A DNA stretch of 63,127 nt, counting the filler, from Asterionella formosa (Eukaryota): assembly GCA_002256025.1 (NCBI GenBank). It is 13 parts of 13 records of this genome, joined end to end, with 100 filler letters (N's around TTAATTAATTAA, not from the genome) between each part and the next. Parts side by side here need not be neighbours in the genome. Positions count along the whole stretch, not along the records: positions 1 to 23,175 come from NKIB01002519.1; 12 more parts are not named here. One strand, given 5' to 3'. Both the position numbers and the translations under genes were made by a program. Positions 1 to 11,567 of this stretch are shown here, in pieces. The notes beneath the pieces were generated by a model, which did no database searches, was not told the origin of the DNA, and saw only the letters and a program-made list of their open reading frames with translations. The stretch's first letter is position 1. Every line of letters begins with the position of its first letter.

Positions 1-396
1 ATTACCATAGTCTACAGGTAGTGTGATAGATTGTCGTTTGCAATACATGACTTTGCAATACAAAAGTAATATGTGTTAAAAGCATTAGATTCTTCTCCTG
101 ATGATATCTTTTCCGAGTCAATGATCTGTACAACCAACTACTACAAATGTGCTCCATTGACAGAGACTGTGTCTCTGAGGTGATGATTGAACATCTAACT
201 AGCACAACTCATATTAACGCATTTTTCAATTCATAGAAGAAGGATGCTTGGTGTCACCATTTTCGAGTCCGCCAAAGTCTAAACCAGTTTCAGTAGTGCG
301 ATTTCCCATCCTCATCTTAACTCAGGAATTGCTTCCAGCCAGGGTCGGGTTATGCGATCACGTTCCTCACTGGCATTGCCAATTTTTGGCTATTAA

Positions 397-1314
397 CTAT
401 ACAAAAATGGCCTTTTCTCCCTCTTCTTCAATAAACCCTCTATATTCGTGGTCAGAAAGGTCACTCATTTCATCACCTGTATCTCGTCCAGAATAAGTTG
501 ATACTGATGTATGGTCGGACACTTGTTCTCTATATATTTCCAGCAGTTTTTCATAAAAATCAAAAGGGGCATCATTGGAAGGAGGTTCCGTTTGGGGGGC
601 CACTTTCTTTGTTTTGATCTTGGTTTTCTTCGTCTTCTTGCTAGCTGGTTTGGGTTCGTCAGAGTCCAAGAAAGCAGCCGTGATCCCGGCTTCACATGGT
701 CGGTTGGAACGCACAGCCTGTTGACTCACTTTGGGAGGTTTGTCATTCGAGTCTTTCAGTGATGGATCTGTCTGTTTCGAAGCTGCGTAGTCGCGAGAGC
801 GATGTTCGGCTCGCCGAATGAGCGTCAGCCGAGGTTCGTGGACCCGTTGAGGGACTTGCAGTCCTTGCTCCGCTGCACACTTTCGTTCCTTACGTTCCGT
901 GGCACGAGACTTTCGCTTGCGCTGTTTCTTCTGAAGGCCATCGGGGTCCTGCTTGAGCATAGCGTCTCGAATGACTTGCCCCACCTTTTCACGAGCAGCC
1001 TCGTCGCCGATTTCATACCATCGGCCCGCCAGTAAATCCGATCTGACGAAGCCTCCCCAGCTGCTGCAACCGCTTCGGACAATGGCGACAATCTCATTCA
1101 CAATGGCAGACTTGTCTAATTTGTTGGGAACGGATTGGTACCGCTGGAGGTTGGCATCAACAATGGCACGGAACCGACGGTTGCCGGGATGGTTGAAACA
1201 GGTTTTGCCTTTGCCGCACAAGACATCGTTGGCGGTAACATCGCAATTCACTGGGAACCATCGACGTTTGTCTGCATCTGTCTGGGAAGAAGGAGAAGGA
1301 GACGTGGTCTCCAT
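397..1314 (-). CDS. DUF6824-domain protein (diatom-expanded family, putative nucleic-acid-binding)
   Basis: 305-aa ORF with the family signature DVLCGKGKTCFNHPGNRRFRAIV...KSAIVNEIV...GGFV...WYEIGDEAAREKVGQ, followed by a basic NLS-like stretch (KKQRKRKSR) and a low-complexity tail. Confidence 0.8.
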   Translation of the reverse strand: METTSPSPSSQTDADKRRWFPVNCDVTANDVLCGKGKTCFNHPGNRRFRAIVDANLQRYQSVPNKLDKSAIVNEIVAIVRSGCSSWGGFVRSDLLAGRWYEIGDEAAREKVGQVIRDAMLKQDPDGLQKKQRKRKSRATERKERKCAAEQGLQVPQRVHEPRLTLIRRAEHRSRDYAASKQTDPSLKDSNDKPPKVSQQAVRSNRPCEAGITAAFLDSDEPKPASKKTKKTKIKTKKVAPQTEPPSNDAPFDFYEKLLEIYREQVSDHTSVSTYSGRDTGDEMSDLSDHEYRGFIEEEGEKAIFV

Positions 1315-1418
1315 GGAAGCTCTAGCACAATGGATAATTGGTCTTGCAATTGCAATGTTCTGATCTACAGCCAGGATCGTTAGCTTTGCTACTCTTTTGC
1401 AGGTTTGCTTGACGTTGC

Positions 1419-1702
1419 TACCGGTACCAGGTATGTGTTGTTGTTCCTATAATTTATATAAATGACCCTGTGAACGATTCTTTGCTTAACCGGCATATCA
1501 TTGTTGATCAGGGCCAGGAATTCATACAAGAAAATGTATTGTGTATAGTTTTGGTTTTAGCATCATATAATGTATTAGTAGATATAAATATTATCTGTGC
1601 ATAAGAATACTTATATTCATACCTCCTCAGCAGCATTCTGAGCAAGCAAGGACGGTACCGGTATGTAGACTACCAGGTACCTGCCCGGTACGACTACTGT
1701 AG
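1419..1702. repeat. Cluster of TACC(W)GGTA/GGTACC palindromic micro-repeats in a divergent intergenic region
   Basis: TACCGGTACCAGGTA at 1419; dense run 1654-1702. Confidence 0.8.
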
Positions 1703-1876
1703 TACCCGGTACCTGGTACCGGCAATCATGTGGGCTGCAGGTCATCCACACATCATGTCTAGAGACCATGGGAAACAGCCATCATGGATTCTGATACTAC
1801 CGTGCGTATTACAATACACTGGAACAATAAAAAGTATTCACGTTCATGTTCCCACACCCCACCTCACCCCCATCCA

Positions 1877-3007
1877 ATGCCATGCCTCATCTTGACAGGA
1901 CACCCGTGTGTCGGGAAGACTACAGTCGCTCATTTACTAGCCGAACGAGCCAAGGCTCATCCATCCAAGCTAATTCAAGATGTGGTAATTGTCAATGAGG
2001 AATCTGTGTGTGTCGACAAGTCCAAACGTGAGTGCTACATCACGTCGCATGCTGAAAAATCCACCCGATCATCCATCAAGGCCCAAGTGGATCGATATAT
2101 GAACCATTCGCATCGACTGGTCATTTGTGATTCGTTAAATTACATCAAAGGATATCGATACGAGTTGCATTGTTTGAGCAAGGCTGCCACACAACGGCAT
2201 GGAGTTATATGGGTATTGAATGCGCCGGCCGTGGCGCAAGTATGGAACGAAGAGCGGTCTGTCAACGACAAGAAAGAATATTACTATACCGATCAGCAAA
2301 TGCAGGAGTTGATTCAGCGGTATGAACCTCCGGATGCACGGAATCGATGGGATAAGCCCTTGTATCGCATTGATTTGACTCCGACTTCTGGAGCGAATAC
2401 GACCAATCAGGCTGCGGAAGCTGCCCTCAGTCAATCAGTCTACAATATGCACGATTTGAGCAAGGTTATTACTACGGACGCTGCTGTAGCCCCAACGAAA
2501 CATGGTGTCGTCAAGAAGAAGAGTAGTGCGTTTCGACCCAAGAAAAAGGCTTCTGAAGGCTACGAACCTGACTCAACAGCCACAGTCTCAGCAGATCCTG
2601 ACATTTCTCATTGTCAGAAACCACAAGAGACTATCAAATCATTGGAAGAACAATTGGATGATATTTTGGACTCATTTCTGGGCACAGATGTGGCTCAACT
2701 CAAGGAGGGAATCAGTACTCGGCAAAATCTTAATGCTGAATCCAATGTTTTGCACGAGGTAGATTCACTCACACAGCAAGTTTGCAATGCAATTGAACGT
2801 TCACAAAGTCAAGGGCTGATGCGAATATCAATATCAGATTATGGTGATCCAGCAATTGTAATGGAAAGCACCCGAAAGTTACCGCTATCCGAGTTGAAGC
2901 GAATGAGGAAGCAATACATTCGATGGGTCAATACTCATCCACCAGATGATTCGACACAGCGGGGAATCGTGATATCTTTTTCCCAGTATGTAGAAGCACA
3001 GCTGTAG
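1877..3007 (+). CDS. KTI12: KTI12 / Elongator-associated P-loop protein
   Basis: MPCLILTGHPCVGKTT (Walker A), DSLNYIKGYRYELHC and RYEPPDARNRWDKPL are KTI12 motifs; start placed at ATG 1877 rather than the ORF-track start 1784. Confidence 0.92.
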   Translation: MPCLILTGHPCVGKTTVAHLLAERAKAHPSKLIQDVVIVNEESVCVDKSKRECYITSHAEKSTRSSIKAQVDRYMNHSHRLVICDSLNYIKGYRYELHCLSKAATQRHGVIWVLNAPAVAQVWNEERSVNDKKEYYYTDQQMQELIQRYEPPDARNRWDKPLYRIDLTPTSGANTTNQAAEAALSQSVYNMHDLSKVITTDAAVAPTKHGVVKKKSSAFRPKKKASEGYEPDSTATVSADPDISHCQKPQETIKSLEEQLDDILDSFLGTDVAQLKEGISTRQNLNAESNVLHEVDSLTQQVCNAIERSQSQGLMRISISDYGDPAIVMESTRKLPLSELKRMRKQYIRWVNTHPPDDSTQRGIVISFSQYVEAQL

Positions 3008-3848
3008 ATATAGATTTTCTAACGAGTGCACACTTGCCCTGCATTTATCATGGCACCATGTATATGCTAGATATAAAACTTCCAGCATTACACTCAAACT
3101 GCACAGTAAGATGTAGATCTTCAGGACTCTTGAGGGAAGCATTGCCATCATGTGTTCCATAAAATGAATTGGCTGGTTTCAGCATCAATAATCATATTTT
3201 GGTGTCCATCATTGGCACACTCCAAAAACTCTTGCACAAGCGCACTTCCGACCCCTTGGTGATGATATTGTGGGACACAGAGCGAAGCCAATTCTGAATA
3301 CTTATCATCCTAAGGACGGCTCTGGAAAAACTCAAGAATGCCATGATTCATTGCTTCTTAACAACACTGTAGACTATATAGCAGTATTATGATCAACTTT
3401 ATGTCTTTTGTAGACTGGTGGTATGTGAAAGATATTTTACCGGTATTATTGCATGCAATTCAAGAAAGCGATATTTTTGTGAATTTCATAGTATGCATGT
3501 CTATTAATAATATCATCATTCGATGCAGCCTCTGGGTGCTAAAAGTAGTGTTACCATCAGGTAGTACAAAATAACAAGCTTCATGGTGAATATGTATAGA
3601 GATAATTCTTCCTAGTTTTTGCTGATAATCATATAGATGCTTTGGAGTAGTAGATTTATAAAAGGGGGTGACCACAGCAAAGAAATGAGCTGGAGTACCA
3701 ACTATTTGCTTTCTAGTTCCAGATTAACCATAATAAACCAATAGGAATCTGGTAAACCTAATTCTAGCTCCTGGCATAGTCGTCGTTTCGTTTACAGTAC
3801 ATTAGAGTTTGGTGAACACCAATAAACTCAAATACGCAGAGAAGCTGT

Positions 3849-4858
3849 CTAGTTCCCAGCCTCTGATCTTATTCTTACATTTGCATGAAGCAGAGAAATT
3901 TCATCATTCGATGGTGCATAATGATAGCGTCGAAAGGATTTATGACATGGGATAAAAGTGTCCCCATCCCAAGTCCCCTCAGGGTAAAATCCCTTGTGCA
4001 AAGCCAAACATACGGACCGAATTTCCGCATTACCTGCCAACCTGTGCAAAACTTTCTGGTCTCGACTATCAACTTGGTCACCAAAGGACCAAAAGAGGTG
4101 TTTTAACCAACTGGAGTGAGTCACAACAGCCATTTCTTTTTCCGGACGGGTCGCGAGCCACTTCATCAAATTAACTCCACGTTGGGTAAGAATGTCGGAA
4201 GGCTCCCGATTTTCGTTCCAGTTCATGTCGTCTTCTGTGCAATAGCTACTTTATGGAAAGGACGGTGAGACGGGACTAGTACAAACCTTGATATGTAATC
4301 GCACTGCTACCAAACTCCAACCTTTCATCTGGTGAGTACTTACCCAAAGCTTTCAAAATCAATTTGATCATTTGTGTGTTCATAAATAGGTGCAAAGTCT
4401 GCAATAATTTCTGTTTTGGATCTACGCTTGTCGCAGGTGAAAAATCCAGAGCGTTCCCGACAAAGATCATGCACTACGAAAGGAATTCCTTTCCCCGCAA
4501 ACATAATATGTGCGGTCTGCAATGTACGCGAGAAGGGACTTACAACAATCAATTGCGGGTGTACGTCATGTAACAATGTGGTCCTAGCCTCCACACATTG
4601 TTGAATCCCATTGTCGGTCAATCTGGCGTCAATATATTTCCAAGATCCTTCTGTTGAAAATGTCACGGGAGTATCATCGCCATGGACACGGTTGGCCGCA
4701 TTGTGTGTTCCTTCCGCATGACGAATAAAATGAATGGTCTTGGTTCGTTTGGCCAAAAAGAGTGAGAAGCCATCGTCAGGCTGAAACAAATAGGCGTCGG
4801 TCTTTTCGCCAATGTTGTCCAAGATGCGACCATTGTTCTTGACCTCTTTATCAATCAT
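3849..4858 (-). CDS. Histidine phosphatase / phosphoglycerate-mutase-like protein, 2 exons (intron 4246-4343)
   Basis: IHFIRHAEGTHN (RHx motif), VSPFSRTLQTA, CDKRR, VVTHSSWL; the GTAAGT...TAG intron joins the two ORFs in frame (FG|YCTEDDMNW). Confidence 0.88.
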
Positions 4859-5076
4859 TGTGATAAATAGATTTTGGAATATTTGTGAAAGGATGAGAGA
4901 AGCAAATGAGGAAAGTTTCTCGCGGATTTGGATTGCAAAACGGCCAGGAGATCAACGTGTTTTGTGAAAGTAAATGTACTAGCAATTGAATCTCGGTCTC
5001 TATGAAATTATTCTGAGATGTCAAGATGAGGCTCTTTCTTGTGAGCGAATCATGACACCGTGCCGGCACTGCTTAC

Positions 5077-5235
5077 AGTACCTGGTACCTGGTACCACTG
5101 GAGTACCAGTACGCAATTAACAAGACGGTACCTGGTACGGTCCTGGTACCAGGTACCAGGTACCTGTATGCTTGTTTACCAGGAGGTATGAGGTATGAGC
5201 TACGGAGTACCTGGTACCAGGGTACCATACCGGCA
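5077..5235. repeat. Dense GGTACC(A/T) micro-repeat array in a divergent intergenic region
   Basis: gtacctggtacctggtacc...cctggtaccaggtaccaggtacc...gtacctggtaccagggtacc. Confidence 0.88.
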
Positions 5236-5464
5236 ACCTGAATACCTGCTGGTGAGGAGCAGACAACACAACAGCACCCCCAAGCAGAAATTTAAAACAA
5301 AACTTCCAAAATGACACCAGCTGAAAACGTCGACGTGTACCATGATGATCAGAATATTTCTCACTCCTTCCTCACCTTTTTAGGCTGCCTATTGATCTTA
5401 ATGATTGTTGGGCCTACGCTTTGCGGTAGACGACAATTTGACAAAGAGAAAGACGCTTAGCGCG

Positions 5465-6379
5465 ATGGCTACCCAGCTCGACTACACCAGTTCCTACCCA
5501 TCATGGCACAATGCTGTAGCCGGTGCAATTTCTGGAGCTGGTGCTCGATTGGTGGTTGCCCCCCTGGATCTGATTCGGATAAGAATGCAGCTTCAGACAG
5601 ATGGAACTAGAAGTATGTTGGATCATATCAAAGAGGTTCTACATATGGAAGGTGGATTACAAAGTCTCTTTCGAGGAAACCTGTCGGCCACTTATCTCTG
5701 GGTCGCCTACTCAGCTGTTCAGTTTGGAGTCTACGCGCAATTGTCCGAAACTTTCCAAAATAGTGACTTTATTCCTGAAGCGGGAGTGGCCTTTTGTGCT
5801 GGAGCTGGAGGAGGAGTTTGTGCGACGCTTGTGACATATCCCCTTGACATGTGTCGAACCACATTTGCTGCACGAGGGTTGAGTGCCACAACTGAGTCGA
5901 CGACTGGTCGACCACCCAGGACGATTGGGGAATTCACAGTCAGCCTCTATCGTAAGAAAGGGATACTCGGTTTCCTTGCTGGGTCTCGGCCGGCTATACT
6001 CGGCATCATTCCATACATGGGACTTAACTTTGGAGTGTACGACTTACTTATGAAGTATCAAACAAATGATGCCGCTGTGTTCAACTCAGGATTAGCGGGA
6101 GCAATTTCTGGAAGTTTGAGTAAGCTTGTCGTTTATCCTCTGGATACAGTCAAGAAACGTCTCCAGGCGCAGGCATTCTTTCAAGGGCGAGGGCAATACA
6201 AGGGTATGTGGGACTGTTTTCACACGATGGTGAGGACTGAAGGTCCAAAATCGCTTTACAAAGGTTTGGTGCCGTCGGTCTTGAAGAATGCTGTGGCCAC
6301 AAGTCTGTCATTCGCATTTTTCACATGGTCCAAGGAACTTCTAGAGCGAATTCATAGACAAAATAAAGGGAACTCGTGA
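5465..6379 (+). CDS. TPC1: Mitochondrial carrier, thiamine-pyrophosphate carrier-like (SLC25A19/TPC1)
   Basis: Three PxD/ExxK/R repeats (PLDLIRIR, PLDMCRT, PLDTVKKR); LFRGNLSATYLWVAYSAVQFGVY resembles the TPC subfamily; first ATG at 5465. Family is certain, subfamily is inferred. Confidence 0.75.
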   Translation: MATQLDYTSSYPSWHNAVAGAISGAGARLVVAPLDLIRIRMQLQTDGTRSMLDHIKEVLHMEGGLQSLFRGNLSATYLWVAYSAVQFGVYAQLSETFQNSDFIPEAGVAFCAGAGGGVCATLVTYPLDMCRTTFAARGLSATTESTTGRPPRTIGEFTVSLYRKKGILGFLAGSRPAILGIIPYMGLNFGVYDLLMKYQTNDAAVFNSGLAGAISGSLSKLVVYPLDTVKKRLQAQAFFQGRGQYKGMWDCFHTMVRTEGPKSLYKGLVPSVLKNAVATSLSFAFFTWSKELLERIHRQNKGNS

Positions 6380-6587
6380 TGTCGAAAACAACACAGTTAC
6401 ATCTCCATTCCAGTTTGCATCATACAGATGCCAACAATAAAACGAATCTTTCAAAGAACTGCAGGAGAAATGTATACAATCGACGAGGTCGTTGCCAGAT
6501 CAATTAGCTAAAGTGCAATTATATCGAATCATTTCTTTTCAATGAAGAAAGCGTGCTCAAAACAAACTACCTAGAATTCACTTAAAA

Positions 6588-7963
6588 TCAATAAACCTGG
6601 ATGTTCCAGCCAAACTTGTCTTCTTCATCACCACTTTGAATCGCTCGCACTCGGTCATATAGACGTCGCGTTGTTGGTCCAACTTCTTTGCTTGCTCCAA
6701 ATTCATACTTGACTTCTTCGCCCTGGTCATTATGCATTGTTATACTGCCCACAGGAGTCACAACCACGGCAGTGCCAACGGCCAAGACTTCGTCAAAAGT
6801 GGTCAGCTCCTCCACCGGTATATCTCGAGCTTCGACAGTCAATCCTTCATCCTTTGCCAGTTGCATTAAGGATTTGTTGGTGATACTAGGAAGCACAGAT
6901 GACGAACTTGGCGTCACATACTTTTTGTGCTTATTGTCGATTCCCACAAAGTTGGAGGTACTGAATTCTTCCACGTACGACTGTGTCTTGGAATCCAAAT
7001 ACAGTCCGATAGGATATCCCTTTTTCTTACTCATCATGTTCGGCAACATATCGGCCGCATAATTTCCAGCCACCTTGACATTGCCAACCCCCCGGGGTGC
7101 GGCTCGGTCGTAGTCTTGAATTAACAAGCCAGCCACGGGGGAGGCCAATCCTCCCTTATAGTAATCCCCGACGGGAATAACCATAACTAAGAAAGTGTAT
7201 TCGTCGGATGGTGCCAATCCAATGCGAGGGCCAGATCCAAACAAGAGTGGGCGAACGTACAGTGCTCCGCCAGTTCCATAGGGTGGAACGTATTCGATAT
7301 TGTCGCGGACGGCTTCGTTGACAGCCTTCAAAAATAAATCGTGGGGTGGATATTGCATCATAGTACGCTCGCAACTTGCTTGCATTCTAGAAAGTGATCG
7401 TAGTACAAAGATGTGAGCGAGTTCGCTTCCAGACGCACGGATCACCGAACACGTCTGGCAGTGAGAATGCTGTGCACGTACCTCTTGGCGTTTTCGTCGG
7501 CACGAAAGAGATTGACGGTTCCATCTTCGTGTGCAAATGCTTTGAGTCCTTCAAAGCAAGCTTGACCATAATGGAGAGCCGTAGCTCCAATGTGTAACTT
7601 GATTGTGTCTTCCTAACGTGAGAAAACGTGGAGGTAGTAACATGGAATTGAGTTCAATCACAGGCATAGGCAATAAATAATGTAAGAAAGAGCTCGTCAC
7701 ATAGTACGTACATGCACAAGTTCCATTTCCCCCCATTCCCCATTTTTGAACACAACGCGGACGTGGCTCTTGGTAGGACGGAATTCAAATCCAAGCTCCT
7801 CCCAAGCGACATCCAATTTGGCAGTTCCCGGAGTGCCGAGAGCTCGTGTTTCTGTGCTGGCGGTCATGTCGCGAGACGAAACAGTGCGTCGGCTCTGAAT
7901 TGTGAAGGAACATGCCTTGTGATGAAACGCCGCAATGGCTATGACAATGGTGGATATTTTCAT
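6588..7963 (-). CDS. BCAT: Branched-chain amino acid aminotransferase, likely plastid-targeted, 3 exons (introns 7613-7711 and 7387-7481)
   Basis: Spliced translation gives [39 protein letters not shown] (PLP lysine), [26 protein letters not shown]; both introns are GT..AG; signal peptide ends ACS-F (ASAFAP-like). Confidence 0.92.
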
Positions 7964-8076
7964 GGTTGCTTGATTGGGAAGTGGCGGTTGCTTATAATAG
8001 ACAGTGCGATCGACGGAGAAAACAAACAAACAAAAAGTTACTTTTAAATACCTGGAAAGTCGGAGCCATCAAACAT

Positions 8077-8800
8077 TACCGGTACTTAGGTTTAGTGTCA
8101 GAACGTACGATTGACAGGCCAGATGTGAAATTACGTGAGCACAAGGTCGTCAAACATATGTACGTACTGTACATTTTCGTTGGGTTGATCGGAACACAAA
8201 CCACGTACCTGGTAGGTACCTCGGTAGTAAATGTTTATGAGTACCGGTACAACATGATGTAACGACATGCAGACTACATACTGGTACCAGGTACCTGTTA
8301 CCAGCACGTGGTCCAATACCGGTACGCCAGCACAAGCGTCTGGCAGAGTACCAGTACCCTGGTACCTGATACCATGTACCAGGGGGAGTTTCTGTGCTAC
8401 GGTGTACCTGGTAGCCAGGTGGTCCGAAGGATCGTCTGGGATATGGCATACCGGTACCAGTAGGGGCAGATCCTGCCCATGTTACGTTTCAAAAAGATGT
8501 CAAGTTAAAACTTACTTATTTGTTGTTTGCAGATGTCATTAATCATACTACATACAGCAAAATAAAAAAATACCTGGTATCAGTCGTACTGGTAGCATAT
8601 TTACCGTAGTGCTTCATGACTGACAATATGCATGTACTAGTAGTAGTGCATACCTGGTAGTGCTGCCAAACCTCATGACTTGTGTTGAGATGGTTCATGA
8701 TTGGACTCAATTGGACTACTGGTATGTACCACTACCACCAGGTACCTACCAGTGGTGCGAATCATACAGTGATGATACCAGTGGAGCTAGTACTGGAAGC
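8077..8800. repeat. Extended TACCGGTA / TACCWGGTA / TACTGGTA micro-repeat field upstream of BCAT
   Basis: TACCGGTA at 8077, 8242, 8317 and 8449, plus many ggtacc/cctggta units. Confidence 0.85.
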
Positions 8801-9765
8801 TAGTAGTAGATATAAAACAACCTAAAAATAAATGGATGAGATTTAATAAAATATTAGTACTTACAATCCAGGTAGAAGAGACAAAGGACTTCTTATACTT
8901 GCTACCTGTGTGATATTATTGGGTTTGCATACATCATATAGATTTTAAGATTCATTACCTTATGAACTACTAAACTGAGTAAAAAATGAAGAAAATATCA
9001 TCATGTTTTCTTTCAATCACCAGTCCTGAGTATGGGGAACTGAATGCTGGTAGTCCAGTAAGTCTAGCTTAATTGCTTGCATTGCCTCCCAACTGCCCGT
9101 CCTCATTGAGAAGACTGGTGGGTGTTGTTTTAAAATGTGGGGAGTATATAGGTATGTACTGGCACATCGAGAGAAGAAGATGTCATCACTAAGTGAAATT
9201 GAGAACACTGGACAAAACGTTCACAAGAAAGACTTTTCTCGAGGTCAAGGGAAATGTGAACAAGACCAAAATTATTATTGAATAGTATTAATATGGAAGG
9301 ATTGAATATACAGAGGAAGGTCATGAACTGAGCATCAGCTCTTGACCAATGGTTAGCTATCAAAGCAGAATTGGCAAGGTTGCTTGCTTAGCAAGGATGT
9401 AATCTGCCCATCGGCCTCATACATACCGTACACTACGAATCATGGATGGTCTTTAAAATACAAAATTACTTTTCCTATACGACTATATATTGAATACCGA
9501 TATTAATACTCTAAAGAAAAACAGGGAGGAACCAGCGTACGTACGTATAAATAAGCAGCAGGTTGCGGTCACAGCACACAAACATCAAAATTAGCTGATT
9601 ACCAGGTAACGAGGGTAGCCTAAAAATTATCGGAGTGATGGTCGTTGGCACTTTGTAGTGGTTGCTTGCATGGGGTGGCTTCAAGTACCGGTAATCATTA
9701 TCCACTCCGCCATTGACTATCAACAAATTCTATTCAATCAAAGAACTGAATAAGTGCGATAAGCC

Positions 9766-11456
9766 ATGACAACATCCCATCTGCGTTCTAACAAATTCGT
9801 CCTTCTCGCGGCTTCAGTTGCGCTGCTGAGCCATCAGGTGGCCACTGCCTTTGCTTCGCCTTCCTTGTCCATCCGCTCCCATGTCCTCACTAGCCCATCA
9901 CCCTTGATATCCGATCTCAGCAACAAGCGCATCGATAGCTTGCGCATGGCCATGATTCCTCGAGGAGGTGACATTGCATCCTGTGTTGCGGCCAAACTGA
10001 CCGCTGTCACCAACACGCCTTCCAATCTGTTTAACACAGCCCTGCTTACACTGGCCCTATCCACCGCTGTCTTCAAGGTGATACAGAAATCTCAGCCAAA
10101 GGACACTTCCATCGTCATAAAGGAAAAGCCAGCTACCGTCAAGTCACTCCAATTTCGCTTCCTAGCTGTGTTTTGGCTGCTCCGATGCGCCGATTGGTTG
10201 CAGGGCCCATATTTCTATGAAGTCTATGCCTCAAAAGTATTCAATGGTGCACAAGCATCCTTGGGACTTGTTTCGAAGCTCTTCTTGACTGGATTTGCAT
10301 CAACTGCCTTGTTCGGACCCTTGGTTGGACGAGCGTCAGATGCATATGGTCGCAAAAAGGGAACTCTTGCGTTTGCACTAATTTACGCGGTGGGAGCATT
10401 GAGTACCAAGTCTCCCCTGTTGACGGTGTTAATGTTGGGCCGTGTATTTTCAGGTATTGGAACGTCGCTTCTATTTAGCGCTCCAGAATCATGGTTGGTG
10501 GGAGAGTCGCAAAAGAATGGAGATGATCCAGATGGATCCTATCTGGGAGAAACGTTTGGATTAGTGAGTTTGATCACTGCATATACCTCAGTCTCCGTTG
10601 TTTATGAGCTTTCGCCACTGACTGTCATATCTTACCTCTCTAATTATCTCAGGCATATGCTGGTGATGCCATTGTTGCCATTCTGGCCGGTCAGTTCGCT
10701 TCCATCGCTGCTGCTAGCCGTGGTCCTACTGGACCCTTTGAGTTGTCAACAGGATTTTTAGCCATTGGAGCCGTGTTGGCTGCCTTCTTGTGGAAAGAAA
10801 ATACTGCAGGAAACTCAGGAGGTTCATCCAAACCGACGATTATCGAAGCTGTCAATGTCGTTAGGGCAGATCCGAAAATTATGTTGGTCGGTGCGTCGCA
10901 ATCATTGTTCGAGGCAGCCATGTACATTTTCGTATTGCAGTGGCCTCCTGCCATTAGTGGAGCGGTTACCAAATACTTTGGGTCTGGAGCAGCAACTCCG
11001 TATGGAACAGTGTTTTCATGCTTCATGGCTTCCTGTCTCTTTGGGTCTACCCTATTTGGACAGTTGGGCAAAATGGGAGTGCCAACAGAAAAGTCAACTT
11101 CAAACATGCTAACAGTAGCGACACTTGCAATGGGAGGGGCAACCATTGCGGCGTATTCAGCAGCAACGCCTCTTTGGACTTTGATTGCTGGATTTTTTGC
11201 CTTTGAAGCATGCGTTGGAATGTACTTTCCATCAATCGGTACTCTGAGAAGTAAATATGTGCCTGATTCGCACCGTTCCGTTATCATGAACTTATTTGGT
11301 ATTCCATTGAATGTCTTGGTGGTCAGTGTCTTCCTCTCTATCAAGCGTCTTGGTGTAACCGGTGCATTGAGTATTTCTACAGGAGCCTTGGGAGTTGCGG
11401 CTGCTTGTATGTTTGCCTTGCGTCGGTTGAATGCCAAGGAGGTTGCAACCGCATAG
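9766..11456 (+). CDS. MFS molybdate-anion-transporter family protein (MOT2/MFSD5-like), 2 exons (intron 10564-10652)
   Basis: ADWLQGPYFYEVY, GRVFSGIGTSLLFSAPESWLV, QSLFEAAMYIFVLQW, FEACVGMYFPSIGTLRSKYVPDSHRSVIMNLFGIPLN; GTGAG..CAG intron; signal peptide followed by ATA-FASP. Confidence 0.85.
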
Positions 11457-11567
11457 TACTTTTAAGAGGAAAATACAGCGATTTTAGTTTACAAGCATTA
11501 AAGTACCATGCTTGGAACTCTTCATCGACTTGATCGGAAATTAACTTGCTATGTAGATACAATAAAG

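Noticed and set aside
1784..1876. N-terminal extensions in the ORF track (KTI12; similarly 5405, 13779, 16894, 18569)
   Set aside because: Several start at TTG/GTG or precede the family's normal start; downstream ATGs fit better
5117..8542. Short ORFs rich in WYLVPGT/YQVPG (5117-5317, 8131-8542; also 18036-18278)
   Set aside because: Translations of the GGTACC micro-repeats, not proteins
10691..11437. Long antisense ORFs (248 aa here; also 20215-20757 and 953-1363)
   Set aside because: Shadows of well-supported genes on the opposite strand
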